This document shows, piece after piece, positions 34,946 through 48,724 of a DNA stretch of 64,000 nt. Under the pieces are notes generated by a model. It did not search any database, had not been told where the DNA came from, and saw nothing but the letters and a program-made list of their open reading frames with translations. Made by a program: the position numbers and the translations under genes. The first letter of the stretch is position 1. The number at the start of each line of letters is the position of its first letter. The stretch is from NCBI RefSeq assembly GCF_009914755.1, contig NC_060947.1. One strand, 5' to 3'. Source of the DNA: the human T2T-CHM13v2.0 reference genome, Homo sapiens.

Positions 34946-36599
34946 AGTCCCAATGCTTACAATTTTTTGATTCTGAGCTTTAATCATGGAAGAGCATAAA
35001 AAGTTTTAGAGATAAAGAGGCAGATGGACTCTCAAGTGGCTTGTTTACTTGGTTTGTTTTTTAAATTAATCCTTAGAAGAAATTTTGAAGCAGATAAGGA
35101 AATACCCACATTAATTTTTACTGTGATTATAATTTCAGGGCACACGTACTTTTAGTAATTAACAGATAAAGTATACATTCTGAGCATTAGCAAGTTTGCC
35201 AGTCATTGTATATCATTGTCTCGTAACTCACACACTGTGACCCAGCTGTAATAGCAAATTTCCTCTAAGGAGTGCACTTATAGTGTCTGCATCTGAATTT
35301 CACTCCTTGCCTTTCCCTGAGCTTCCTTCAACCTCTTTTATTTCATTGCCAAATGTAACAACTGATCTCCACATTGATCCTATAAAATATACTAGTTTTA
35401 ACTCCCTTTTTCTGTTTTCTATTTTTTTTTCCTGGCATTGCTTAGTGTTTCAAGATCTATAAACTTAACGCAAATTTCAGTACATTCTAGTCATTAATAT
35501 CCACCCAAATTTCTTTTCATTTTAGAAATATATTTTCTGAGATAGATGTGACAATGTTCCTGGTTATGCCTAATAATCCTAAAGCTGTTGGGTTTCCTGG
35601 CAAATATTATTCTATTTTCTTAAAGTTTTCAACTAAGAAATTTGTGCCTTTTGTTCCTGCAAATAAAATCTCCTTGTAATTAGTATGTTTTATCTCCCAA
35701 ACTTAAATAACATTGCTGCAGCCCTTTACAAAATGTTATCTACAATTCAATTTGTTATATTTCTGTGTTTCTATTTTCCTTAGGGACAGAAACAGATTTG
35801 TAAGTTTTTGTGGGTTTTAACGAGTAAAACCATTAGAGTTTCATGTTTGTTTTTATAATTTCATAGATAATATAATGTAGTCACTATAAAGATATACTAG
35901 GAGCCTATTGAAAAATTCTGCAAACCATTAAAATTTAGAAAACTAAACAATCATATCCATTTAATAATGAACATGAGGAACATTGCTCTATCAAAAAATG
36001 CAAAATAGTTGTATATATTTTATGAAAAAGACTATATCTTTGAAAGTGAAACATGTATGCATTAAGTAGTGATAATAAGACAATTAAGATTAACAATAAA
36101 ATGAAATAGATATTCATGGAAAACAGACAGCAAAAACTGTGTTATACCTGTTACTGAAAGATCATCAATTCCTTCAAGTTTCTATTTTTGTGTTCACAGT
36201 GTTTAAGGGAAGGTAGTCTTACCAACAATGCAGCCAAAACATGTTGATCTGCATTTTTGTTTTTGGATGTCTACTAGTTAGTTGGACATTGAAACTTGTG
36301 TTAAAACACCTAACAGATTGTATTCTATTACGCTGGACTACTCAAGCAATAAATGTATACTGATTAATTGAATGACTTAGTGATCTGAAAGAAGATAGTG
36401 ATGTTTTCCATGTTCTCTGACATATACTTACACAGTAATTTAAGTCCTGACAAGACAGAGAAAATGAGTGCCTAAGTCTTGGAGGTTAAGACCACAGTGT
36501 ATCCCTAAGGTCTGCCCATGTCATGACATCTACATTCAAATTTTTCAGTAAGAATTCTACATTTGTTTCCTCTCCTTTGAATTCAGCTTCTCTTTTGGG

Positions 36600-36822
36600 G
36601 AGGCAGTAGAACATACTTGGTGCTTTAAACGTATGGGCTTTGGAAACAGTCAAACCCGGGTTTCAATCTTAGTTTAGTCCTTACTAACTATACAACAATG
36701 GGCAAACTAGTTAATTGCTTTAAGTCTCACAGTTTTCTCATTGGTAAAATGTAGATGATACTACCATACCTGATGCATAGGGCTTTTGGAAAGACTAAGT
36801 TCAATAATGCATGTGAAGTAAT
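36600..36822 (+). mobile_element. MIR
   Basis: gggctttggaaacagtcaaacccgggtttcaatc...cagttttctcattggtaaaatg. Confidence 0.85.
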
Positions 36823-38534
36823 TAAGCCAATGCTGACAGCCAAAGCTGTAAAAGGGCAGCTGATATTATTACTTGAAAAAAAATTTTTGATGTGAAAGAA
36901 AGGACATTATCTAGGCCACTTGCACTATTTATCTTCAAACAGTAGCAAAACCCTTTTTCTCCCACTGAAAAGTGGTGATTAACTTTTTCACTATGTGAGA
37001 CCTTGTCTTTCCTTATAGACATCACACCAAAAACAATTAATCATATTTTCAAGTGTGCATTGTATAGGCTAAGAGATCCAAAGATACTCAAAGGGTATTT
37101 CTTTCCTCCAACAAACCTATGTCTTAGATTGGGAGAAAAGATTCACATTAAAAATCGCAAATCTCCTTTCAATTAAGTACTAAATTATGCACTACAGACT
37201 TTAGGTACCCTAAGAGTTTAAGACCAGTGAGAATGATGTGGTCTACAGTACTCAGTAAACACTTTGGAAAAGGTGAGATTTGAACTGGACATTTAGAAAT
37301 TGGTCTGACTTGGATGGGAGAAAATAGGGAGAATATTCTTTTGGGCTGCTAAGTGGGGAAATTGTCAACAGCATGAGTGAAGGCATAGCAGGGAAAACAA
37401 AGATGGCATTTAAGGGGGTAGGAGTATCAATCAAATTATAAGGACAACATGCAGTAGTCATGAGGTCTCCCCTCATTTTGCCAAGGTCTCATCTTTCTCC
37501 TCAGACAATTCATGAAGATGATTGAGTGGTGGGATTGCTTGACACAGAAGAGTTTAAATTTGTTTTCATCCCTGCTAAGTGATTCTGAAATATAAATGCC
37601 AACGCCTAGAGAGTTGAGTTTTCAACTTACTGTGTGATTCCATAAGGGAACCATTAATAATGCCAGAATGCATTAACAGCCTAGAGAGAAGAAAAACTCT
37701 AGACTTAAAACTTTCATGACAGCACCTGAAATAAATCAGCTAATATCAAAAGAGTGGCAGAGGTGACATGAGTTTTTTCTGGGAATAATTATAACTTTTC
37801 CAATTTTATATTGTCATTAGGCATTCAGGCCATTGACAAGTCTAAAATAAGATTTTAATATTTATTCTGGATAAAATGAAATCAAAACACTGAAGGAATA
37901 TTGAAAGTAAATTTATTTACTTCTGGAAACATGACCAAACTTACCAAGCAGCCTAGTTCCTGATATTGTCAGTGAGAGAAATTATGTAATTTTGGCTTAT
38001 GATCTCCCTTTTTTGGAAAATAGTTTTCTGGCCACCCTAAGAAAAGGCCCCTAATAAAACCAAATGCCTAACTAGATATGGTTCAGAATACCTTATAAAA
38101 TGCATTAAAATAATTTTCAAGTTTAGAAACCCGGAAATGTGGATGACTTTTTATTGCTTTGAACTAATGTACTGTGGCTTACAGTGGGTAATTAAAATCA
38201 AGGGAGGGCAATCACTAGAAATTTGGATAATATTAGAGTGAGATAATATTCCATCTTTGTATGGCAAAAATCTTTGTCATATCCTGAAGTACATTTGTAC
38301 TAAAAATACTTGAAAACTTTTTTTAGTATAAGGAAATTTGTTTTAGAAAAATGTCAACATGCAGGAAATATGAGCTATTTTCCTCATATAATTTGTATAA
38401 CACATGAAGTAAAAAAAAAGTTTTAAGTCAGTTTGAAAATGTATACTTACAGTGTCCTCTGGAACTCAGATTGTTTTCTCATTGTTTTATTTTTGTTTTG
38501 TATGTCTCGATTTTGCCCTAAAGAATGTCTATGA

Positions 38535-38749
38535 ATATATATATAATATATAAATATATATTATATATTTATATATAATTTATATATAAAATATATATTA
38601 TATATAATATATATAAAATACATATATAATATCTATAATATATAATATATATAAAATACATATATAATATCTATAATATATAATATATAAAATACATATA
38701 TAATATATATAATATATATAAAATATATATATAATATATACATATATAT
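38535..38749. repeat. AT-rich TA-based repeat with an imperfect ~38-bp higher-order unit
   Basis: Almost pure A/T. The unit tataatatatataaaatacatatataatatctataata recurs. Confidence 0.92.
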
Positions 38750-40497
38750 TCCTGCTGAAAGGCAATTGCCTTTCTCTACACAGAAGTCATCCCGGTTTGG
38801 TGAATATGGATGTTATTAGAGTGACCAATGGAGCTGGTATCCTGGGAATTCTTTTTACTTTTCAGATGAAAAGGGATGAAAAGACCACGGAAAGAGGTTG
38901 CTAAACAACTTGCCAGTGCTGCTGATAAATGTTCTGCTACTGTCAGCAAATATTCCAGAGAATCCATTTGCTGAAGGGAATTTCCAAATTGATTCTCCAT
39001 TGGTAGCCATACTACAGGAGAAAACGGCAGTGCAGACAGGACTGGAAGAACATTAGTCACTGTTTCAGGGCCTTCTAATTTTCAATCTGCCACAGCCATA
39101 GAATAGAGTCTGGAGGTACAGAATGTGGCAATAGGGAATTAGCAGTAAAATCACTGCAATTCTTCACCAACATCTGCGAGTATGGAGAGCAAAGACAGCA
39201 GCTTGAGGCAGTTTTCAGTATTTAGCTCACTTTTTAGTAGAGAATGTGTCTATGTATCATAGATAACTTCACCCAAATTAGAAACAGAAACGGACTCTAA
39301 ATGCTTTTTTATTTTGTCTGTCCTGGTAGATGGGAATATTTTTTTGGTTTGTTTTCCAAAATGTGCCCATTTTGAGGTATCAGAAGAGAATTAGAAATAA
39401 GCTCTTTTTTTATTGTTTGCTAATTTAAAAAGTAAGCTAGTGAGGAAAAACTTCAGCCATTTAAAATTTTGTAATTTTTATATGCAAGATTTTGTGTGCT
39501 ACATACAGCTGAGGATTTAAGTGGAAAATTGCCAGATCATTTGAAAGAAAAGCCATCTCTGAAAATTTTCATTTTTTCTATTACTATAAACAATTATAAC
39601 AATGGCATTAAAAATGTCAGTAGGAGGCTAAGTGGATGAGCTGGGGAAATTCCATTCTGATATAAGCATGCTAGCAAAGGAAACAAAGTACTAGGAAAAT
39701 CGTTGTTTGAATTAGACCTACAGGGCCTTTAATATGTTTGTACTTGCCCTTTGCAGCTGAGTAGAGATGCAATGGTATACGGGAACAGTTAAGTATGTGG
39801 TTTCAATTCTCTGGTCATTAGCAATTAGTTGAATGAGACTCTCCCAAGTATGAAAAGGATCTTCTGGTGTATGAACAGGTATATAAAATGGGAGATTACA
39901 AGGCATATGCCAATTTTAAGTTCTTATGGACATTGGCTAGTAGGTACGCTACTCCCCAAGAATGACACTTGGCCATGAAATATCTCAGTCCGTAGTAGCG
40001 CTCATGGGATTACCATGGACAGCCTCTTGAGTCCATCTTTGGGCTGGAAAGAACAGAGAAGGCTCACTTCATTCCAATGTGACTATGTAGAGTAATTTCC
40101 ATCTTAGGCCACACTTGGAGATTTGCGGAACTATTCGGAGGGAAGGGCCCATATACTGCTCCAAATGTTATATCAGTTTTGTGACGAAAGAGAGATAAAT
40201 TCATTTGATATTCATTTATTCATCGATCTTGAGATATATTGCAGCCATTATTATTGCGTTAATGAGGTGTTGAGGAATTATTTGATAAAAAGTTTCTCTG
40301 TTTTTTCATCAACAATGGCATAGAACAGATGTATGGTGGTGTATATTATAAAAGCCATGATCACTGTGTTCAGGTCTCCTCAAAATAATGGAATAGAAAG
40401 GTCAGTGGCAACAGAGGTGAGGGGAAGGCAAGGCATAAAACAAGGACCCTGTGCGGTCTAACAGTCAAGACTAGAGTATATTGTCATGTACTATAGT

Positions 40498-40517
40498 GAA
40501 CCACTAGATGGTGCACT
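40498..40517 (+). promoter_or_regulatory. Candidate CTCF binding site
   Basis: CCACTAGATGGTGCAC at 40501-40516 closely matches the CTCF core CCACYAGRKGGCRC. Motif evidence only. Confidence 0.55.
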
Positions 40518-40844
40518 CTGCAACTTTGTTGATTTCGTATTTTCCCAAATCCTGAAAAATACCCTAAATGCCCTGTATATACTTAATGCTTAAATGTTTT
40601 CTCTAAAGTTTGCTAGAAATATAAATATCTTATGAATGACTATCTAACAGGGCAGACATCTCTACTCATCAATTAACATAGTTGTGTGGTCTCATGGGGC
40701 TTTGCACGTGTGCTTGCCTACATGTATTCACTTATTTTTTCAGATCCTATAGACATAGACAATAAATCTAAAGATAAAAATATAATTATTTAGATTTTCT
40801 CAGCTAGGCTAGTCCTGACCTTCAGATATGCCCTAAATATAATT

Positions 40845-41143
40845 TTTTTAAATTATTATTATTGAGACGGAGTCTCGTTTTGTCGCCCAGGCTGGAGTGC
40901 AGTGGTGCGATCTTGGCTCACTGTAAGCTCCGCCTTCCGCTTCACGCCATTCTCCCGCCTCAGCATCGCGAGTAGCTGGGACTATAGGCGCCCGCCACCA
41001 CGCCCGGCTAATTTTTTGTATTTTTAGTAGAGACGGGGTTTCACCATGTTAGCCAGGATGGTCTCCATCTCCCGACCTCCTGATCCGCCCACCGCGGCCT
41101 CCCAAAGTGCTGGGATTACAGGCGTGAGCCACCGCGCCCGGCC
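40845..41143 (-). mobile_element. AluY, CpG-rich
   Basis: ttcacgccattctcc and gttagccaggatggtctc diagnostics. Perfect 16-bp TSD tgccctaaatataatt at 40829-40844 and 41144-41159. Confidence 0.97.
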
Positions 41144-43116
41144 TGCCCTAAATATAATTAAATAGTAAAATCTGACTCTACCCCAGCTCCTCACCTGTCC
41201 TTATCCATTGCTTCTTTTGATTTTCTGCATCCTAAACCCTACCTAATGCCTCCTAGAGCCTCAGTCGATTGTACTCTCTTAGGTAATAATTCTTATTGTG
41301 TATTGCTTCCTTATATTGGTAATATTACAGCATTGTAATAACGTTTTATCTCACTGATTATGTTTTTTTTATCCTATTGTCATACTTAGTACCTGGAAAC
41401 ACATAGTCCTTTCCCATTTTTTTAATGATACAGAAAACATTACATAACACTCTACATAATATTTAACATGCAACTCTTCAGAAACTTCAGGAACAATATG
41501 ACATAGGCCTAAGTAGTAACTTAAATGTTTCTCTTTATGCTTTAGTTGTCATGCAAGGTTAGAGCTAAGTCCTTTGCTTAACTATAAAATTAAAACATTC
41601 ACGAGTTATAAGTGTATCTATGTTTCAGTTTTTGATGGTTTTGTTTTTCTATTTTTACTCACTTTTAGCCTATTTTATACTGTGATTTATTGTGTAAGGT
41701 TAATTGAAATCATTCTTGGAACTAAAGTGGACATGCATTGTGTGTGTACTTTAGTTCACAGAAAAAACAATTATTTTCTTTATAGAAATATTTACCTGGA
41801 GCCAACATAGTGAAGAATGTATGTTAATTCTATGGATGTTTTTGAATTCAGAAAGTAGCTACACTAGCCACAGTAATTTTAAGTGTGCTTCAAACTTAAC
41901 TAATAAAGGCCACAGTGTGTTATGGATACAAGAATAGTTGTGTTTCAATTAAACTTTTAATATTTTTTTCACAGCATACTTCATTTTTATTGTTGTATTC
42001 ACTGATTTTAAAAAAGCAATTCTACCAAATGAAAGGAAACTTCAAGTTTATGACTATATGAAGAAACAGTGATTTCAATTTTTTCTGTCAATATTGGCAT
42101 AGTTTTAGCAGCTTGACTTTCACAGAATAATGCACTGCTTCTAAACCTTGATGTTGAAGGATGTCATAAATGAGCCAAGACAATCCAGATAATTCAATAG
42201 TATTGTTATAATTAGTTTCTAAAATGGGAAAGCACTTACCACTTTTCTAGAAAATGATGTTCTTTTAAAAAAATACATCTTTTATTTTTAATCAATATAA
42301 GCTTGACAACACTGAATAGCTTAATCTTCATCTTTGCTTGTCTATAGCATGTCAATAGTTATAGAACTAAAAGTTATCTACAAGAAGACTCTCACTAGTC
42401 AGAGCATGCAGATAAAATGATAATTATAGTGATAGCTACAAGAGGGAGGTATGGGGCAACAGTTGCCAGGGTGGCAAATGAAGCAGCACTCACAATCATA
42501 CCAGAAGACGTGAAGTGGGCAATATCCCTAGGCAAAATGATGCATTATTAAGGCATGGCTGTGTGTACTTAATGTACTTTTGAAACCAGACATATCAAAT
42601 CTAACATATAAGATAGTTTTGTCATGCATTCTGGTAATGACATTCAACAAACCCATTGGGGTTTTTAATTTTAGACTCTGTTTTCCAAGGGAATTATGTG
42701 TGTGTATGTGTGTGTGTGTATATACATAATTTGCAGCACTTTATGAAAAAGCTCAGAGAATACAAAGAATATTACATAGTTTGATTTAGATGAAAGAACA
42801 AATAATATAAAGGGTTTTATACTCATACCTTAAAAGCATTTCTCTGTTTTTTTCTTTTTCCCATTGTGAGCATTTAGATTTGGAGACAATTGTCATTTTC
42901 TTATATTAATAAGAACCATGGAGGAAACAATGAGTTTTACACACATGTTCAGGAGGAATAATTTTTATTATTATTGAAACCATGTCTTTATTAAGATGCT
43001 GTGCATTAAAAGATAATAAAACATTTCTTCTCCCATGTGTTTTTTAATTGTAAAGGAAAAATTATCCTTTTTAAGTTATATGCTATTTCCAAAATGTGTT
43101 TCAATACACATTTTAG

Positions 43117-43292
43117 AAAAGAAACTTCAGAAGCAGGAAATTTTTCAAAAATTGAAAGTCCATATGATTACAATAAAAAAAGAAAAAGAGATACAAGATG
43201 AAGAAACTGCTGCTTCAGAAAGAAGCTGCAGAAGGATAGAAGTTATTAAAATAAAATTACATACGAATATGATAAAAAAGAAAGAGAAATAA
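43117..43292 (+). CDS. Putative terminal coding exon, Lys/Glu-rich (KKLQKQEIFQKLKVHMITIKKEKEIQDEETAASERSCRRIEVIKIKLHTNMIKKKEK*)
   Basis: Acceptor acattttAG (modest). Phase 1 fits the 32211 donor. Stop TAA at 43290-43292 overlaps AATAAA (43288-43293), with further AATAAA hexamers downstream. Confidence 0.45.
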
Positions 43293-45429
43293 AAGCACAA
43301 AATTTTTTTAAATATATTATAGTCCATGAATCTAGCATCTTACTGATAAAGATGATTCTTGGTTGTATTCTTAGATTTTAAAAAGTAGCCCTGAGATTCC
43401 CGGAGGCTTTGCATGATTGGGTTGCACTGAATTATAGCTGTCAGGTCTGGGTTATGATTTCATAGGCAATGTTAATTCTTACCAATTCTTTAAGAGTTTT
43501 GACAAATAAGGCCCCTTAATCTTAGTATAAATATTTTCTGATAAAGGTGGTGTAGTATAAATAATAATAGAAAACCAAACATATGTAAAATAAACTCGAA
43601 AGCCCACTCTCTCTTTTAACACAGGTGTTCCAAATTTGTTTTTTGTAGCTGATATGATATGTCACAATTTTCTGCAGATGGAATTTTAAAAATTATTATT
43701 ACTGCAGAAAATGACAAAGTTGGTTTGCAGCTCTAGAGCTTTGATAAAGCAAACAGAGTAAGACTTCACCATTCAAAATTATCTTTATATTTTAATATTT
43801 CATAAGGGAATGAATAAAAGAGTAGAGTTAATTTTTTTGAAGAACCAATTTGGAAGCATATGCAATGGGATCATGTTGAGAAGAATCCAGCTTTGCACTT
43901 GCTTGAACTGCAAATCAAAACTAAATGATTATTGATCAAACAATAGCTTGCAATGCATCTCAGAGTGGACTGTCATCCTTCACGTACAGCCCGGGGTAGG
44001 ATTTTGGCTTTCTTTATCTGAAAAACATGTTATCACGGTATTGAACTAATGTTTCCCTAATAAATACAGATAATATTGGATAAGATGGCCTAATCAACTA
44101 CCACCACATTACCACAAACTGACATTTCCATATGCTAATATAATTGTAATAAAAATTATCTATTTTTCATATAACAAAATGCTAACAGTCTGTATTAAGA
44201 TATTTCATTTCTCAAAATTTTACCAAAGAAATCTGAATTTGCTTATCCAAATATATCTTAAGTAGATTTGATTACTGTGACTATTTTGAACATCGGAAGA
44301 ACAAAGAATTAACGTACCATGGAGACTTAAGGCATGGTTAGCTGCCATCTGAAAACCATTCCAGATCCCCTACTGTAAGTCTTGAACAAATTGGACTAGT
44401 GAATGGGATTAGATACTCAGAGATAGGGAAGCAGATTTTTTTAATGAAAAATAATTTTGAAAATGAGCTATGTTTATTTGCATTGTGAGAAAACAAATAG
44501 GTAACACAAAACTAGATCTTAATTATTTTGTGTATTTTTCTTAATAATGGTTTTTAAATTTGTCAAAGTAGCACTTGTCTTAACCTTATAACCAATTCCT
44601 CTTATGACTCATTGACATACTTTCCTGTTTCTAAAATTTTACCTTACTGCCTTGATGCTCCACAAGAATTAGGTAATGATAGGGAAAATGTATAGAAGAT
44701 AAAGAAGAAACACATGTTTTTACAAAAGGCTAAAAATCACTCCATAAAGAACTAGTAAGAATCAAGCCAGCAAAGAAGAGAAGCCTGGCAGGTATTGATA
44801 AAATCATACTGGTGATTGTGGCCCTTCTTATGCATTATGTTACTATGTATAGAGTCTAGAAAAATATTTTCTGTTTATTTTGAAAATATGGGCATAAATC
44901 CTTTTATCTGGTTAATATGTTGGTACTGCCTAATAGGCCTACAAAGAGAAAATAAATTTTCATAAAATACTCTTAGAAATTGTCCACAATGTACAATGAG
45001 ATGCCGACTTAGACAACTTGATGCTCACTGAGACTATCAATGAGGGAATCAATTTATTTTTTCTTCTCTAATGAAGACAATTTGTCTGGTGAAAGCTTTT
45101 GCCAAGTAAATCAAAATTGTAAATCCAACTTAGAAACTGTGATTTTCAATTCTTTAAATTGTTGAAGAAAAAAAGACACCTGCCATGATTTATCTGACAG
45201 ATTGGAGTCTGTGCAGGAGAATTCTTCATTTTTGTCATTCTAGTATACAGCTAAACTTGATCTTTTATAGGAGGAGAAATTTGTGGTTTTTTTAAAGTAT
45301 ATTTTAAAAATTTATTAATATAGCAAAATATCCTTTACTATTTATTTTAAATTTATAATCAGATTTAGATTACAGAAAATGAAATCCATAAAGATCAATA
45401 ATTTTATCAATGGCTTTTATTTTGTCAGT

Positions 45430-45685
45430 ATAGCAGGCTTTGGAATCAGATGAGTTTGAGTTGAAATTTCATATCTGCTAATTTTACCTCTGTTACTGTG
45501 AGCAATTTATCCTTTTTTGGCATTTAATCACTTAAATTCAGTATGTTTCATTTAACTCATCTGTAAAATGGGACAGTAACATTTCCAAATACAGAAGTGT
45601 ATTTGGAGAATTTAATAAGATAATGCATGTAAGGCTTTAGCATAATGCCTGGCACATAGTAAACTCAATAAAAGATAGTTCTCAT
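45430..45685 (+). mobile_element. MIR
   Basis: ctcatctgtaaaatgggac...tgcctggcacatagtaaactcaataaa. Confidence 0.88.
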
Positions 45686-46499
45686 TGTTTATAGTAAATT
45701 TTCTTTCTATTATTGTTATAGTCCAATTGTCAGTACAGGGATATAATTTCAAAAGAAGTCATAAATTCCCTTTAGGAGATTATCAATGTTCACTAAGCAC
45801 CTCTAACAAGTACCCCCTTATCTCTCCTTAACCTCTTAAAGCTCCACAGCAGTAACTTCAATCTTCAGTTCTAGTTTTGTTGTGGTTGTTTCCCTTGGTT
45901 TCTGCACCCATATTTAATCACAGATGATGAAAGAAGTCCATCATTTATAAAACCACTTATGCCAAAGCATGAATAATACAAGTCAGCAACTTGTCAGGGC
46001 AGAATAACTCAATGGACAATTGTTTACAGCCTCAGGGCAGTCAGGAATTTACCTACTAATGGCATTAATCTGTGATAGAGTGCTCTAACTACACATTTTT
46101 GTTTCTTATCAGTCATGAACACAGCAAGCTTATCTCAATATTTTATCCATAGAAAACTCATTGGCTTTTAAAAGTGCCTTTTCTACAAGATAAATTTTCC
46201 GCATCTTTGAAATAAAGCATAGTTTAGCCACAATTTTATGTGTCTGAGAGTCACAAGATGCTTTCAAAATTTTTAGAGATGTTTGAAAACTAAAAAAACT
46301 TTAAAATGCATCTTGTGACTTTGAAAACATTGGTTATTTGTGTTGCTTGGGGATTATAAGACTAAAATGAAGGTCAGTAATTATAATGTTTGTGTGTACA
46401 TGTGTTGTATATGTGTGTACTGTGAATAGTTTACATAGACATCTAATTTTCTAGGATCATATTTATATAATGTCATTTGCAGACAGCATCATATTCAAT

Positions 46500-46690
46500 A
46501 GGCAGAATGGCATTATGCATGATGTTAAATGGAATTCAGACAGATGTGCATTAGTCCTATTTTTGCCATTTAGAAGGTGACTAATTTGGGTGCATTACAT
46601 GTTCTTCATCTATGTAGTGGGAGTTTAAGGAAAAAAACAACTACTTTGGGGGGTTGTTACAAAGGTTAAATGAGATAATATAGGTAACAC
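46500..46690 (+). mobile_element. MIR, diverged
   Basis: cttcatctatgtagtggg...gttgttacaaaggttaaatgagataat. Confidence 0.6.
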
Positions 46691-48119
46691 AAGGTCTCAT
46701 ATTAATGGCTGACTCTTGTAAATTCTCATAAATTCTAGATGTTGCTGCTGCTGCTGTTTATAATTATTGTTGCTGTTGTCTGTGCATACAACTAGGTAAT
46801 ATATGGCTGTCTAGACTGGCAAAATAATTGTATATAATTCATACAATTAAATAAATATTGCCTATAAAATACATGTAAAGTAACAATGCCTAAAAATAAT
46901 AAGTGCTCAATAAACTATATCTTAATTATTATGAATACTGCACATTTATTACACACATACACTCTTCAGTAGCTACTGGTAGAGACTTACTATCCAATAT
47001 GTGGCTGTTGAATCACATAGGCTTACAACAAAGCATTTCACTCATTATTCTAGAAAAAGAGTCAATTTATTTTTCATGTTTTTTTTTCCATCCACAGATT
47101 GATATGTTACCTTTCTTCATGTCTTTGAAATATGTTTTACCTATCTTACTTGTAGTCATTTCACTTCATCTTGCCAGATATTATCAGCCTTTATTTTCAT
47201 CCATTGCTCATTCTTCTTAAATTTATTTTGAATGTATGTCTCGTATATTAGAAATGGAATAAAAGTTTGTGAAATGAGTGAATCACTCCTTAAATATTGA
47301 CTCAAGAAGCAAGAAGATGAAGTCTGTATGTTGTGATATTGTGTTTAATATGTAATTTGTTACCATAAATATATTCCATTTATCACTGATATTTGGCTAT
47401 TCATTTTTCTTATTTAGTTAATTTATATATAGATTGCTGTTTTGGAGTCCACCAGGCGTAGACTTAAAACTAATATAGATGATCAGTCCTATTAAGATGC
47501 CAAATTTAAAAACCATTCTGCAGAGAAATAAACTGGTTTCAAATGGGAATCACACATGCTTTGTAATATTCATGGTAAATTTCATTTCTATAAATTTTAA
47601 TATACTTAACCATGAAAATTAACTTGAGTACTGATGCAGAGGAACTGTAAATGAAATGATAACTTTTGTCCAGAAGACTTTTAAAAAGATCTTTATTGAA
47701 TCATGTAATTCTGCATTACTGACAATACATATTACTCTCTCGCCAGACAACTAAAGAGATCGATGTGTCAGACATTAGTTCATACGTTAAGGGAACCAAC
47801 TGTCTGATTGAAAATTTTGATGTAACTCAGAGTACTTTATTTCTACTTCATAATGCAGTGTATACCATAGTTATTTATTATCCTCCATTACACATTTCTG
47901 CAACTTCTGGCACATACTCAGATGAATTATGCCTAAGATTGGGATGTAGGATCCTTTATTTTTCCAGAGACCAATGCTTATTACAGCTGTGAAGATTAAC
48001 AAGCCACTTCTATATTGCTCACCCTTTTAGAATTTTTAATTTTTATCTCAACATTTAATTAGGAGAATGTTCAAACATACAACTAATTTGAAATAATTTT
48101 ACAGTGAATAATAGTATAC

Positions 48120-48724
48120 AGACTTATTTGTTTCTAATGCTAGTTAACACATAGTGACTTAAGAAGAACACACATATTTATCATCTCATAGGTTTTATAG
48201 GTTGGAAGTCCAAGCACAGCATAACTGGATTCTTTGTTCAGGGTTTCATGGGGCTGAAATCAAGGCATTAAGGAGGACTGTGGTCCTCTGGGATCAGAAT
48301 CCTTTCACAAATGCACTAGTTGTTTTCAAATTTTATTTTCTTGATGTTGGAGGACAGTGGTCTCCATTTATATGCTAGCTACAGTCTGGGAACAATTCTC
48401 TGTGTCTAGAAGTCACCTGCAGTTCCTTGATGCACGGCTTTCAACATAGGCAGCACACGACATGGATACTTGTTTTCTTCTAGAACACATGCTCTGCATC
48501 TCTCTGAGTTCCTTCTCTTTGATCAGCTGGAGAAATCTCTCTGCTTTTAAAGGACTTGCCTGATTAGGAGACCCCGCCAAGTTAATCGGCCTTTATGTCA
48601 TATAATGCCACATTATCACAAGGGTAATGTCTCATCATATTTATAGGTTCTACTCACAAAGTACAGGGGGTTATACAAGAATGGGGATCACTGGGTGGAG
48701 CATCTTAGAATTCTGCCTGAAACA
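48120..48724 (-). mobile_element. MaLR solo LTR, MLT1D/E-like, inside an old L1M fragment
   Basis: atttatcatctcatagg...ggctgaaatcaagg...catcttagaattctgcct. Confidence 0.7.

Noticed and set aside
37019-37578. Two further possible + strand exons (~37019-37094 and ~37505-37578) that could chain in frame
   Set aside because: Weak donors (GTATTT, GTGATT) and no independent support; they show how easily chance chains form.
38757-38774. Perfect 18-bp palindrome GAAAGGCAATTGCCTTTC
   Set aside because: About one palindrome of this length is expected by chance in 64 kb.
38776-39060. 94-aa minus-strand ORF in unique sequence
   Set aside because: Non-ATG start, no recognisable domain and no supporting splice structure.
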